Below, one piece after another: positions 22,608 to 31,385 of a stretch of 64,000 nucleotides of DNA (its first letter is position 1; the number at the start of each line of letters is the position of its first letter). The notes below the pieces were generated by a model that ran no database searches, was not told where the DNA came from, and saw only the letters and a list, made by a program, of their open reading frames with translations. Origin of the DNA: Nocardioides sp. (lineage in GTDB: Bacteria > Actinomycetota > Actinomycetes > Propionibacteriales > Nocardioidaceae); contig DATMHR010000025.1 in NCBI GenBank assembly GCA_035554955.1, forward strand, positions 5,663-69,662. Reading direction: 5' to 3'. A program made the position numbers and the translations under genes.

Positions 22608-24464
22608 TCAGCCGGTGAGGTGGTGGACGAAGCACCAGCGCCAGTCCTCGCCGGGCTCGACGGAGCGCATGACGGGGTGGTCGGTCTCCCGGAAGTGGGC
22701 CGTGGCGTGGCGCAGCGGCGAGGAGTCGCAGCAGCCGACGTGACCGCACCCGAGGCACATCCGCAGCGCGACCCAGCGGACCCCGGCGTCGATGCACTCG
22801 GGGCAGACGAGCTCCTCGGGCGGGTCCTGCAGCGGGGTCGACTCCAGGTGCTCGCAGCCCGCGTCCCGCCGGCGGGCGATGGTCGGCCGCACCTCCGAGG
22901 ACCGCGAGTCCGCCGCCTCGAGCATCGACTCCTCCACGTCGAGGCGGGCCAGCACGTCGCGCACCACGTCGGAGGCGACCGAGCCGCTCGACCTGATCTC
23001 CAGGACGCGCTGCCGCTCCGCCGAGATCATCTCCGAGCGGAGCCGTGAGTAGAGGTCGCTCGGCGACTCCCCCTCGGTGGTGCCGAGCCGCTCCCACGCG
23101 GCGAAGTTCCGCTGCTCCACCCGCTGCTTGACCATCGCGGTGACGTCGTGCGGGTCGTCGTACTCCAGCTCCTGCAGGCGCTTGAACCCCGCCTTCGCCG
23201 CCTGCTGGAGGATCGTCGCGCGGGCGAGCGCGTCGTCCACCGGGTCCGGACCGGGTACGGCGAGCCGCCGGGCCACCCAGCCCAGGGTGAGGCCCTGCCC
23301 GAGCAGCGTTGCGGCGACCACCGTGAACGCGATCATCAGCAGCACCTCGCGGTGCGGGACGTCCACCGGGATGACGAACGCGGCGGCGAGGGTGACCACC
23401 CCGCGCATCCCGGCCCAGCCGATCAGGAACGTGTAGTGCCAGGTGGGGACCAAGCCGGTGTCGGGGTCCGGGCCCGGTCGGACGAGCAGGTAGCGCGCCA
23501 CGAAGACCCAGGCGAAGCGCAGCACCACGACGGTCGCCAGCGTCCCGAGGCAGACCGCGACGATCCTCGCGGCGCCGAGGCTGCTGTCGTGCACGTCGGC
23601 GACCAGCCACTGGGCCTGGAGCCCGATCAGCAGGAAGACGGTGTTCTCGAGGACGAACGCGATCGTGCGCCAGTTCATCTGCTCGGCGATCCGGGCCTGC
23701 GCGGTCTGCAGGATCGGCGCCTTGTGGCCGAGCAGCAGGCCGCCGACGACCACGGCGATCACGCCGGACCCGTGGATCTCCTCGGCGGCGATGTAGGCCA
23801 CGAACGGGACGGCGAGCGAGACGCCGGTGTCCAGGAGCGGGTCGGTCAGCCGGCGGCGCACCTGCGCCACCACGAGGAACGTCAGGATGCCGACGACCAC
23901 CCCGCCGCCCGCGGCGAGCAGGAAGTCGCGACCCATGTCGAGCGCGTCGATGCCGACCGCGGAGGCGGCGATCGCCGTGCGCAGCGCGACCAGCGCGGTG
24001 GCGTCGTTGAGCAGCGACTCGCCCTCGAGGATCGTCACCACCCGTCGGGGCAGCCCCACCCGCCGGCCGATCGCGGTCGCGGCGATGGCGTCGGGCGGCG
24101 CGACCACGGCGCCGATCGCGAAGGCCGCCGGCCACCCGACGGCCGGCACCAGCGTGTGCACGACCGCGGCCACGCCGATCGTCGTCACCACGACCAGCCA
24201 CACCGACAGCAGGATGATCGGGCGCCGGTTGGCGTTGAAGTCCACGAGCGACGTCGACAGCGAGGCGGCGTAGAGCAGCGGCGGCAGCAGGCCGAGCAGC
24301 ACCACCTCGGGCTCGAGGTGGACCTCCGGCACCCAGGGGACGTACGACGCCGCCCACCCGACGAGGATCAGGGCGATGGGCGCCGGGAACCCGATCTTGC
24401 CCGCCAGCGCCGTGACGGCGAGCACGGTGACCGCGATCGCGACCAGCAGCATCGCGATCTCCAT
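22608..24464 (-). CDS. CPA1 Na+/H+ antiporter with C-terminal UBP-type zinc finger
   Basis: PPDAIA, LEGESLLNDA, GMRGVVTLAAA; C-terminal CEH...CPEC...CLGCGHVGCCDSS...HATAHF. Confidence 0.92.
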   Translation of the reverse strand: MEIAMLLVAIAVTVLAVTALAGKIGFPAPIALILVGWAASYVPWVPEVHLEPEVVLLGLLPPLLYAASLSTSLVDFNANRRPIILLSVWLVVVTTIGVAAVVHTLVPAVGWPAAFAIGAVVAPPDAIAATAIGRRVGLPRRVVTILEGESLLNDATALVALRTAIAASAVGIDALDMGRDFLLAAGGGVVVGILTFLVVAQVRRRLTDPLLDTGVSLAVPFVAYIAAEEIHGSGVIAVVVGGLLLGHKAPILQTAQARIAEQMNWRTIAFVLENTVFLLIGLQAQWLVADVHDSSLGAARIVAVCLGTLATVVVLRFAWVFVARYLLVRPGPDPDTGLVPTWHYTFLIGWAGMRGVVTLAAAFVIPVDVPHREVLLMIAFTVVAATLLGQGLTLGWVARRLAVPGPDPVDDALARATILQQAAKAGFKRLQELEYDDPHDVTAMVKQRVEQRNFAAWERLGTTEGESPSDLYSRLRSEMISAERQRVLEIRSSGSVASDVVRDVLARLDVEESMLEAADSRSSEVRPTIARRRDAGCEHLESTPLQDPPEELVCPECIDAGVRWVALRMCLGCGHVGCCDSSPLRHATAHFRETDHPVMRSVEPGEDWRWCFVHHLTG

Positions 24465-24468
24465 GGAG

Positions 24469-25134
24469 TCATTGTGCCGGGGGCACTCCAACCGCAGCGA
24501 GGACCGCGTCGACCGTGGTCACCAGGCGGTCGGCGGTGTAGACGTCCGGCTGCCCGAGCACGAGCCCGCCGAACCGCTCCATCACCGCGAGCACGGCGTG
24601 CGCCAGCAGGTCGGCGTCGGCGTCGATCCGCGCCGCCGCGAGCCCGAGCCCGAGGATGCCCGCGAGCTGGCCGCGGAAGCGCTCGCGGTCGCCCTCGATG
24701 CGTGCGGCGACCTCGGCGGGGGTCCCGGCGGCGGCGAGGAGGATCGGCCGCCAGGTGTCGGGATCCTCGGAGACGCGCTCGACCAGGGTCCGCACCGTCC
24801 GCAGGAGGGCACCCCGGGGGTCGCGCAGGGTCGCCGGGTCCGTGGGGTCGGGCAGCGCGCCCTCCAGCCCGGCGAGGGCGCGCGCCTGCTGCCGGTCGAG
24901 GAGCGCGAACAGCAGGGCGCCGAGGCCGTCGTAGGCGCCGTAGACGACCGGCCGGGTCACCCCGGCCTCGCGGGCGATCGCGTCGATGGACACCCCCGCG
25001 TAGCCGTCGCGGACGATGACCGCCAGCGCCGCGTCGAGCAGCTGCTCGCGCCGTACGTCGATCGGCACGCGCGCGGCGTACGGCCGGCGACGTCGGCCGG
25101 TCGCCGCCGTCGCCCCGGCCGCTCCGTCACCCAT
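24469..25134 (-). CDS. TetR family transcriptional regulator
   Basis: HTH region LLDAALAVIVRDGYAGVSIDAIAREAGVTRPVVY. Confidence 0.9.
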   Translation of the reverse strand: MGDGAAGATAATGRRRRPYAARVPIDVRREQLLDAALAVIVRDGYAGVSIDAIAREAGVTRPVVYGAYDGLGALLFALLDRQQARALAGLEGALPDPTDPATLRDPRGALLRTVRTLVERVSEDPDTWRPILLAAAGTPAEVAARIEGDRERFRGQLAGILGLGLAAARIDADADLLAHAVLAVMERFGGLVLGQPDVYTADRLVTTVDAVLAAVGVPPAQ

Positions 25135-25167
25135 GGCACCCACCGTAGCCACGCCTGCTCCTTCCAA

Positions 25168-25187
25168 TTGCTACACCACTGTAGTAA
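25168..25187. promoter_or_regulatory. Putative TetR operator between divergent genes
   Basis: TTGCTACA-CCAC-TGTAGTAA inverted repeat, 1 mismatch. Confidence 0.65.
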
Positions 25188-25218
25188 GTTGCCGCGCAAT
25201 CCACGAGAGGAGACGGAC

Positions 25219-26295
25219 ATGGGTGTCGTCGAGAGGATCCGCGGGCGCCGGAGCAGCGTGGTGCCGCACGAGGACCACGGCTTCTTCGGTCCCGGCTCGG
25301 TCACCTGGAAGGTCTGGTCCTACCCGACCTCCCTCACCATCGGCTTCCAGCGCGCGGTCGTGGTCGAGGAGCTCGACCCGGCCCTGGTCGCCTCGGTCTA
25401 CGAGACGCACGCGATCTTCGACCGGCCGCGCACCCGCTACGACCGCACCCTGAAGTACTTCTCGCTCGTCGCCTTCGGCTCGAGCCGCGAGACGTCCAAG
25501 GCCGCCGACGTCCTGGTGAAGATCCACTCCAAGGGCATCGGCACCTGCCCGGTCACCGGCATCCGGTACGACGCCAACGACCCGCACAGCCAGCTCTGGA
25601 TCCACCTGACGGCATGGCACTCGATCCTCTACGCCTACGAGCGCTACGGCCCCGGCCGGCTCACCGCGGAGGAGGAGGCGCGCTACTGGGAGGAGTGCGC
25701 GGTCGCGGCCGAGCTCCAGACCTGCGACCCGGCCGACGTGCCACGCAGCCGGGAGGGCGTCCGCGCCTACTTCGAGGAGATGAAGCCGCAGCTGCTCGGC
25801 AGCGGCATCGCCCGCGAGAGCATGGCGCAGCTGCTCGACGCCCGGGTGATGATGCCGCCCCTGCCGCTGCTGCTCCGACCGGTGTCCTGGGTCTCGGCGC
25901 GGGTGCTCCGCGCCGGCACCATCGCCACGATGCCGCGGTGGATGCGCGAGCTGGGCGGCCTCGAGCAGTCGCGGGTGGTCGACGCGCTGGTCCGGCCGGT
26001 CCTGTGGCTGGCGCTGCGCCTGGTCGCGATGAACGCCCGCGTGGAGCTCGCGGTCCTCGGGGTCCTCTCGCCGATGACGGTGCCGGTCGTCGAGCCGGTC
26101 CTGCTCGGCGTGCCCCCGGAGCGGGCGGAGGTGCTCACCCCCGCCCAGGCCCGGGAGCGGTACGGCTACCAGCGGCCGCGCGACGCGCACCTCGACCTGC
26201 GCGCGCGACAGCACGCCAAGGTGTTCGGCGAGGGCGCGGCGCCCAGCGACGAGGGCATCGTCGAGTCCGAGCCGCTGCTCGGCTCGATCAGCTGA
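25219..26295 (+). CDS. MpaB/DUF2236 family (rubber oxygenase-like) oxygenase
   Basis: GFFGPGSVTWKVW, RYDRT, KIH, YDANDP...LWIH; AGGAG RBS. Confidence 0.85.
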   Translation: MGVVERIRGRRSSVVPHEDHGFFGPGSVTWKVWSYPTSLTIGFQRAVVVEELDPALVASVYETHAIFDRPRTRYDRTLKYFSLVAFGSSRETSKAADVLVKIHSKGIGTCPVTGIRYDANDPHSQLWIHLTAWHSILYAYERYGPGRLTAEEEARYWEECAVAAELQTCDPADVPRSREGVRAYFEEMKPQLLGSGIARESMAQLLDARVMMPPLPLLLRPVSWVSARVLRAGTIATMPRWMRELGGLEQSRVVDALVRPVLWLALRLVAMNARVELAVLGVLSPMTVPVVEPVLLGVPPERAEVLTPAQARERYGYQRPRDAHLDLRARQHAKVFGEGAAPSDEGIVESEPLLGSIS

Positions 26296-27916
26296 CGAGT
26301 CCGCGCAGGCGGGCGTCGAGGTCGCGGCGGTCGGCGCGGGAGACGACCGCCTCGACCACCTCGACGCCCCCGTTGGGGCCGGCGAGCGCCTGCTCCAGCT
26401 CCGGCCGGGACGTGACCCGCAGGTGCGGCGTCCGGGTCGCCGCGCACAACGCCGCCAGGTCGACGCCGTGCGGCGTGCCGAACAGCCGCTCGTAGGACGC
26501 CGCGTGCTCCGGCGCGCCCTGCTCCAGCATCGCGAAGATCGAGCCGCCGTCGTCGTTGACGACCACGACCGTCAGGTCGGGCCGGGGCTCGTCGGGCCCG
26601 AGCACCAGGGACGACTGGTCGTGGAGGAAGGTCACGTCGCCCATCAGGGCGAGCACGCGCGCGGAGCGCGGCCGGCCGAGCGCGGCCCCGATGGCCGTGC
26701 TGATCGTGCCGTCGATGCCGGCCAGACCGCGGTTGGCGATCACCTTCCGCCGCTCGCCCACGGTCGTCGGCCGGCCCATCACGTCGAGGTCCCGGATCGG
26801 GCTGGAGGCCCCGACGACGAGGAGCCCATCGGGGGGCACCGCGGCGGAGACCGCCGCCGCCACGGCGTACGGCGTCAGCGCCGGCTCCGCCGCCACCAGG
26901 CGGTCGACCTGCCGGCCGAGGTCGCGGTCGGCCTGCTGCCAGCGGACGAGCCAGTCGGTGCCGTCGGGCTCGGCGTCGGGCACCCCGTCGAGCACCGTCG
27001 CCCGCGACGGCCGGACCGGCCAGACGCCGCGGCCGGGCACCACCAGCACCTCGACCGCGGGGTCCTCCAGGAGCCGGGTCACCGGTCGGGACAGCGTGGG
27101 ACGGCCGAGGACGACCACCCGCTCGATCTCCGCGCCCAGCGGGCCGCCGAGCAACAGCCGGTAGGTGCGGATCGCGTTCGCGCCGGTGCGCGCGCCGCTC
27201 GACGGCTCCGCTAGCAGCGGCCAGCCCGCCCGCTCGGCCAGCGTGCGGGCCGGCGGGCCCGCGTCGTCGCCGGCGACGACGACGGTGCGCGGGCCGGTGC
27301 GAACCTTGGACGGGGAATCACCGGTCGACCGGCGATTCTCGGCCTTGTCCGGCGCTTCTGGGTGGTTGTCGGGCACTGCAGTGCCTGACAACCCGGGTGA
27401 ATCACCGGTCGACCGGTGATTCGGCACCAGCGGCAGGTCGAGCTGGACGTTCACGTGCACCGGACCGTCACCACCCCACGGCACGGCGTCGAGCTCGTCG
27501 AGGGTGGCGACGTCGTGGCTGTCGACCAACGGGCCGAAGATGCCGACCTGGTCGGTCGTCTGGTTGGCGCCGGTGGCGCGCAGCCGCGCGGGGCGGTCGG
27601 CGGTGACGACGACCACCGGGACCCCGGCGTGGGCGGCCTCGAGGACCGCGGGGTGCAGGTTGGCCACCGCGGTGCCCGACGTGCAGACGACCGCGGCGCG
27701 CGCGCCGACCTTGGTCAGCCCGAGGGCGAGGAAGCCGGCCGACCGCTCGTCGATCCGGGTGTGCAGCCGCAGCCGGCCGGCCTGCGCAGCGGCCCAGGCG
27801 GCCATCGAGATCGGGGCGTTGCGGGAGCCCGGGGCGACCACGACCTCCCCGACGCCCGCCGCCACCAGCCGCTCGACGACCTCGGCCCCCAGCTCGACCC
27901 CACTGATCCCGGTCAC
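26288..27916 (-). CDS. menD: SEPHCHC synthase
   Basis: PGSRNAP, IDERSAGF, CTSGTA, NRGLAGIDG, ThDP motif GD...NDDGG. Confidence 0.95.
   Translation of the reverse strand: MTGISGVELGAEVVERLVAAGVGEVVVAPGSRNAPISMAAWAAAQAGRLRLHTRIDERSAGFLALGLTKVGARAAVVCTSGTAVANLHPAVLEAAHAGVPVVVVTADRPARLRATGANQTTDQVGIFGPLVDSHDVATLDELDAVPWGGDGPVHVNVQLDLPLVPNHRSTGDSPGLSGTAVPDNHPEAPDKAENRRSTGDSPSKVRTGPRTVVVAGDDAGPPARTLAERAGWPLLAEPSSGARTGANAIRTYRLLLGGPLGAEIERVVVLGRPTLSRPVTRLLEDPAVEVLVVPGRGVWPVRPSRATVLDGVPDAEPDGTDWLVRWQQADRDLGRQVDRLVAAEPALTPYAVAAAVSAAVPPDGLLVVGASSPIRDLDVMGRPTTVGERRKVIANRGLAGIDGTISTAIGAALGRPRSARVLALMGDVTFLHDQSSLVLGPDEPRPDLTVVVVNDDGGSIFAMLEQGAPEHAASYERLFGTPHGVDLAALCAATRTPHLRVTSRPELEQALAGPNGGVEVVEAVVSRADRRDLDARLRGLVS
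27315..27422. repeat. Composite triple palindrome inside menD
   Basis: GAATCACCGGTCGACCGG(C/T)GATTC at 27315-27338 and 27399-27422, flanking the 30-bp palindrome GGTTGTCGGGCACTGCAGTGCCTGACAACC at 27364-27393. Confidence 0.9.
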
Positions 27917-28866
27917 GGGCGCAGGCTCTCACGCAGCCGTCGTACGGCGGCCAGCCGGTCCTCCCAGTGCGCCACCCGGTCCGGCGGCGCGGCCAGCCGG
28001 TCCAGGGCGCCGGCGACGACCGCCGGTCGCACGACCGGCAGGGCGCCGTCCACCGGTAGCAGCGGCTGCTCGGCCACGTCGTCGGTGAGCAGCGCGACCG
28101 TGGCGAGCCCGCACGCGTGCGGCAGCTCGGGCAGGGCGGCGGCGAGGGCGACGCCGGCGGCGATGCCGACCGAGGTCTCGAGCGCGGACGACACGACGAC
28201 GGGGAGCCCGATGTCCTCGGCGATCCGCAGGCAGGCCCGCACGCCGCCGAGGGGCTGGACCTTGAGCACGGCGATGTCGGCGGCGTCGAGGTCGCGGACC
28301 CGGTAGGGGTCGGCCGCGCGGCGGATGGACTCGTCCGCCGCGATCGGTACGGCGACCCGGCGGCGGACGGCCGCGAGGTCCTCCACGCCCGGGCAGGGCT
28401 GCTCGACGTACTCCAGGCCGCCGGCGGCGCGGTCGAGCGCCCCGATCGCCCCCACCGCCTCGTCGACCGACCAGGCGCCGTTGGCGTCGACACGGACGTC
28501 GCCGTCGGGCCCGAGGGCGTCGCGCACCGCCTCGAGCCGCGCCTCGTCGTCGGCGAGCTGCTGGCCCGGCTCGGCGACCTTCACCTTCGCCGTGCGGCAC
28601 CCGGACGCGGCCACGATCGCGTGCGCCTGCTCCGGGCCCACGGCGGGCACGGTGACGTTGACCGGCACCCGGTCCCGCACCGGCGCCGGCCAGTCGCCGG
28701 CCGCGGCCTCCTCGGCGCACCGGAGCCAGGGCTCGGCGACGTCGGGCGGGTACTCCAGGAACGGGCTCCACTCCCCCCACCCCGCCGCGCCCTGGAGGAG
28801 CGCCGCCTCGCGGACGGTGATCCCGCGGAACCTGGTCCGCAGCGGGATCGACACGACGCGGATCAT
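27913..28866 (-). CDS. menC: o-succinylbenzoate synthase
   Basis: GWGEWSPF, KVKV, RVDANG, YVEQP, AADESI. Confidence 0.93.
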   Translation of the reverse strand: MIRVVSIPLRTRFRGITVREAALLQGAAGWGEWSPFLEYPPDVAEPWLRCAEEAAAGDWPAPVRDRVPVNVTVPAVGPEQAHAIVAASGCRTAKVKVAEPGQQLADDEARLEAVRDALGPDGDVRVDANGAWSVDEAVGAIGALDRAAGGLEYVEQPCPGVEDLAAVRRRVAVPIAADESIRRAADPYRVRDLDAADIAVLKVQPLGGVRACLRIAEDIGLPVVVSSALETSVGIAAGVALAAALPELPHACGLATVALLTDDVAEQPLLPVDGALPVVRPAVVAGALDRLAAPPDRVAHWEDRLAAVRRLRESLRP

Positions 28867-29915
28867 GCGCGCGCCCGCAGGGCCCGGCGGTCCGGCTTGC
28901 CGTTGGGCAGCAGCGGGATCTCCTCGAGCACGACGAGCTGGCGCGGCGCCCAGGCCCGCGGCCGCTCCTCCGCCACCCAGTCCCGAAGGTCGGCGAGCAA
29001 TACCGACGGCTCGACGTGGTCGAACGCACGGTTCGACGTGCTCGAACCCACGGTTCGACGAGGGACGACGAAGGCCACGACGCGGTTGCCCCACTCCTGG
29101 TCCGGTACGCCGAGCACCTCGGCCTCCGCGACGGCGGGGTGCTCGCGCAGCCGGGCGGCGACGGCGGGGGCGGGCACGTTGAGCCCGCCGGTCACCACGA
29201 CGTCGTCGACGCGGCCCAGCACGACGAGCCGGCCGTCCTCGTCGATCCGGCCGGCGTCGGAGGTGACGTACCAGCCGTCGACGAGCGCCTCCGCCGTGAG
29301 CCGCGGGTCGTCGAGGTAGCCCTCGAACAGGGTCGGGCCGGCGATCCGGATCCGGCCGTCGGCGCCGAGGGCGACGGCGACGCCGTCGAGCGGCACGCCG
29401 TCGTACACGCAGCCGCCGCTGGTCTCCGCGGCGCCGTACGTCGCCACGACCCGCACGCCGGCCTCCTCGGCCTCCGCCCGCACCCGCTGGTCGACCGGAC
29501 CGCCGCCGAGCAGCACCGTGTGCGCCCGGGCCAGCACCGCGAGCTGCGCGGGGTCGGCGACCATCCGCGCCAGCTGGGTGGGCACCAGCGAGGTGAACCA
29601 TCCCTCGCCCGCCGGCCAGCCCTCGTCGTCGACGACCACCGGCGCGTGCCCGGCGACGAGGGACCGGACGAGCACCTGCACCCCCGCGACGTACGACGCC
29701 GGCAGCGCGAGCGCCCACGGCCCGGTCGCACCGAGCCGCGCGGCCGAGGCCGCGACCGACGCGAGCACCGCGTCCCGGGCCAGCACGACCCGCTTCGGGG
29801 CGCCCGTGGAGCCCGACGTCCCGACGACCAGCCGGACGTCCGGCGGCCCGTCGAGCCACCGGCGCACCTGGCCGACCACCTCGGCCGGGTCGGGGGCCGG
29901 ACTCCAGAAGCTCAC
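28863..29915 (-). CDS. menE: o-succinylbenzoate-CoA ligase
   Basis: TSGSTGAPK, TYGAAET, GKPDR; coupled to menC. Confidence 0.88.
   Translation of the reverse strand: MSFWSPAPDPAEVVGQVRRWLDGPPDVRLVVGTSGSTGAPKRVVLARDAVLASVAASAARLGATGPWALALPASYVAGVQVLVRSLVAGHAPVVVDDEGWPAGEGWFTSLVPTQLARMVADPAQLAVLARAHTVLLGGGPVDQRVRAEAEEAGVRVVATYGAAETSGGCVYDGVPLDGVAVALGADGRIRIAGPTLFEGYLDDPRLTAEALVDGWYVTSDAGRIDEDGRLVVLGRVDDVVVTGGLNVPAPAVAARLREHPAVAEAEVLGVPDQEWGNRVVAFVVPRRTVGSSTSNRAFDHVEPSVLLADLRDWVAEERPRAWAPRQLVVLEEIPLLPNGKPDRRALRARA
29006..29060. repeat. 22-bp palindromic tandem repeat (about 2.5 copies) inside menE
   Basis: ACGGCTCGACGTGGTCGAACGC / ACGGTTCGACGTGCTCGAACCC / ACGGTTCGACG. Confidence 0.75.
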
Positions 29916-29959
29916 GCGCCGACCCTAGTGGTCGGACGAGCACCGAAAATCCGTCGCCG

Positions 29960-29982
29960 TTGTCGGTGGTCTGCGGGACGAT
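29960..29982 (+). promoter_or_regulatory. PafBC/RecA-NDp-like promoter upstream of the MFS pair
   Basis: TTGTCGGTG-N8-GACGAT, 8 nt before the ATG. Confidence 0.45.
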
Positions 29983-29990
29983 GTCCCGCG

Positions 29991-31370
29991 ATGAGCACCA
30001 CCGTCTCGGGTGATCGGCGCGGGTTCCTGCGCCGGCTGATCCCGCCCACCCAGCTGTCGCGCCGGCTCGCGACGCAGTCGATGCTGTTCTCGACCGGCGA
30101 GGGCGCGTTCAACACCGGCAGCGCCGTCTTCCTGACCCAGGTCGTCGGCATGACCGCCGCGCGGGTCGGCCTCGCCCTCACCATCGTCGGGCTCGCGGAG
30201 TTCCTGTTCGCCTACCCGGCCGGCCGGGTCGTCGACCGGCTCGGTCCCAAGCGGATGTGGGCGCTCAGCACCCTGGGTCGGGCGGGCTGCTTCGCCGTGC
30301 TGCCGTTCGTCACCGGATTCGAGGAGTACGTCGCCCTCGGCGTCGTGTTCGCGGTGTTCGGCTCCCTCGGCGGCGCGAGCCACGGCGCCTACGTGCTCGA
30401 CGTCCTCCCGGCCGACCAGCGGGTCGAGGTGCGCGCCTACATGTACTCCTGGCTCAACCTCGGCTTCACCGTGGGCGCCGCCATCGGCGGCATCGCGCTG
30501 GCGACGGGCAGCCTCGAGGTGATCCGCTGGACACCGCTCCTCACCGCGGCGCTCGCGGTGGTCAACGCCGCCGCGGTCTCGCGGCTCCCCGCCGCGCCCC
30601 ACGACCTGAGGGTCGCCAGCGGCGAGCGCCGGACGCGGCCGGACGGCCCGGGTCCGCTGGCCAACCGCGGCTGGCTCCTGGTCACCTTCTTCACCGGGGT
30701 GATGTGGACCAACCAGGTGCTCCTCAACGTGGTCATCCCGCTGTGGCTGGTCGCGGCGACCGACGCACCCCACGTGCTGCTCGCCTGGCTCTTCGGCACC
30801 AACACGGTGCTCTGCATCTTCCTGCCCGCCTACACCTCCCGCGGCGTGCACGACCTGCGCGACGCGATGCGCTACGTCCGCTACTCGACGGTGTTCTTCG
30901 TCGGCTCGTGCCTGATCACGATGGTCACCCACTCGACCGTCGGCCTGGTCACGATCGTCCTGGTCTGGCTCGGCCACGTCACGGTGACCGGGGCCGAGCT
31001 GGCGATCAGCGGGGCGACGTGGGCGTTCGAGGCCGAGCTGATGGACCCCGACCGCCGCGGCGAGTACCAGGGCGTCGGCGAGGTCAGCCGCGCCCTCGGC
31101 TCGCAGTGGGCGCCGTGGTTGTTCACGGCCCTCGCGATGAACGTGCACGGCGGGCTGGGCTGGCTCGCGATCGCGGCCATCATCGTGGCGGCCACGGCCG
31201 GGATGGGGCCGTCGGTGCGGATGGCCGAGCGCTTCCGCGACGAGCACTTCCCCGAGCTCGTCGCGGGCCGGGTGGTGCCCGAGCCCCCCGTCGCCCAGGA
31301 GGTGGCACGAGCGCCCGGCGCACCGGTCTCCCCCGCCCCCGCGGTCGACCCTCTCGCCGACGGCGTCTGA
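29991..31370 (+). CDS. MFS transporter (paralog 1)
   Basis: Motif A GRVVDRLGPKR; about 12 hydrophobic segments. Confidence 0.9.
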   Translation: MSTTVSGDRRGFLRRLIPPTQLSRRLATQSMLFSTGEGAFNTGSAVFLTQVVGMTAARVGLALTIVGLAEFLFAYPAGRVVDRLGPKRMWALSTLGRAGCFAVLPFVTGFEEYVALGVVFAVFGSLGGASHGAYVLDVLPADQRVEVRAYMYSWLNLGFTVGAAIGGIALATGSLEVIRWTPLLTAALAVVNAAAVSRLPAAPHDLRVASGERRTRPDGPGPLANRGWLLVTFFTGVMWTNQVLLNVVIPLWLVAATDAPHVLLAWLFGTNTVLCIFLPAYTSRGVHDLRDAMRYVRYSTVFFVGSCLITMVTHSTVGLVTIVLVWLGHVTVTGAELAISGATWAFEAELMDPDRRGEYQGVGEVSRALGSQWAPWLFTALAMNVHGGLGWLAIAAIIVAATAGMGPSVRMAERFRDEHFPELVAGRVVPEPPVAQEVARAPGAPVSPAPAVDPLADGV

Positions 31371-31385
31371 GGCGGACTCGCGTCG

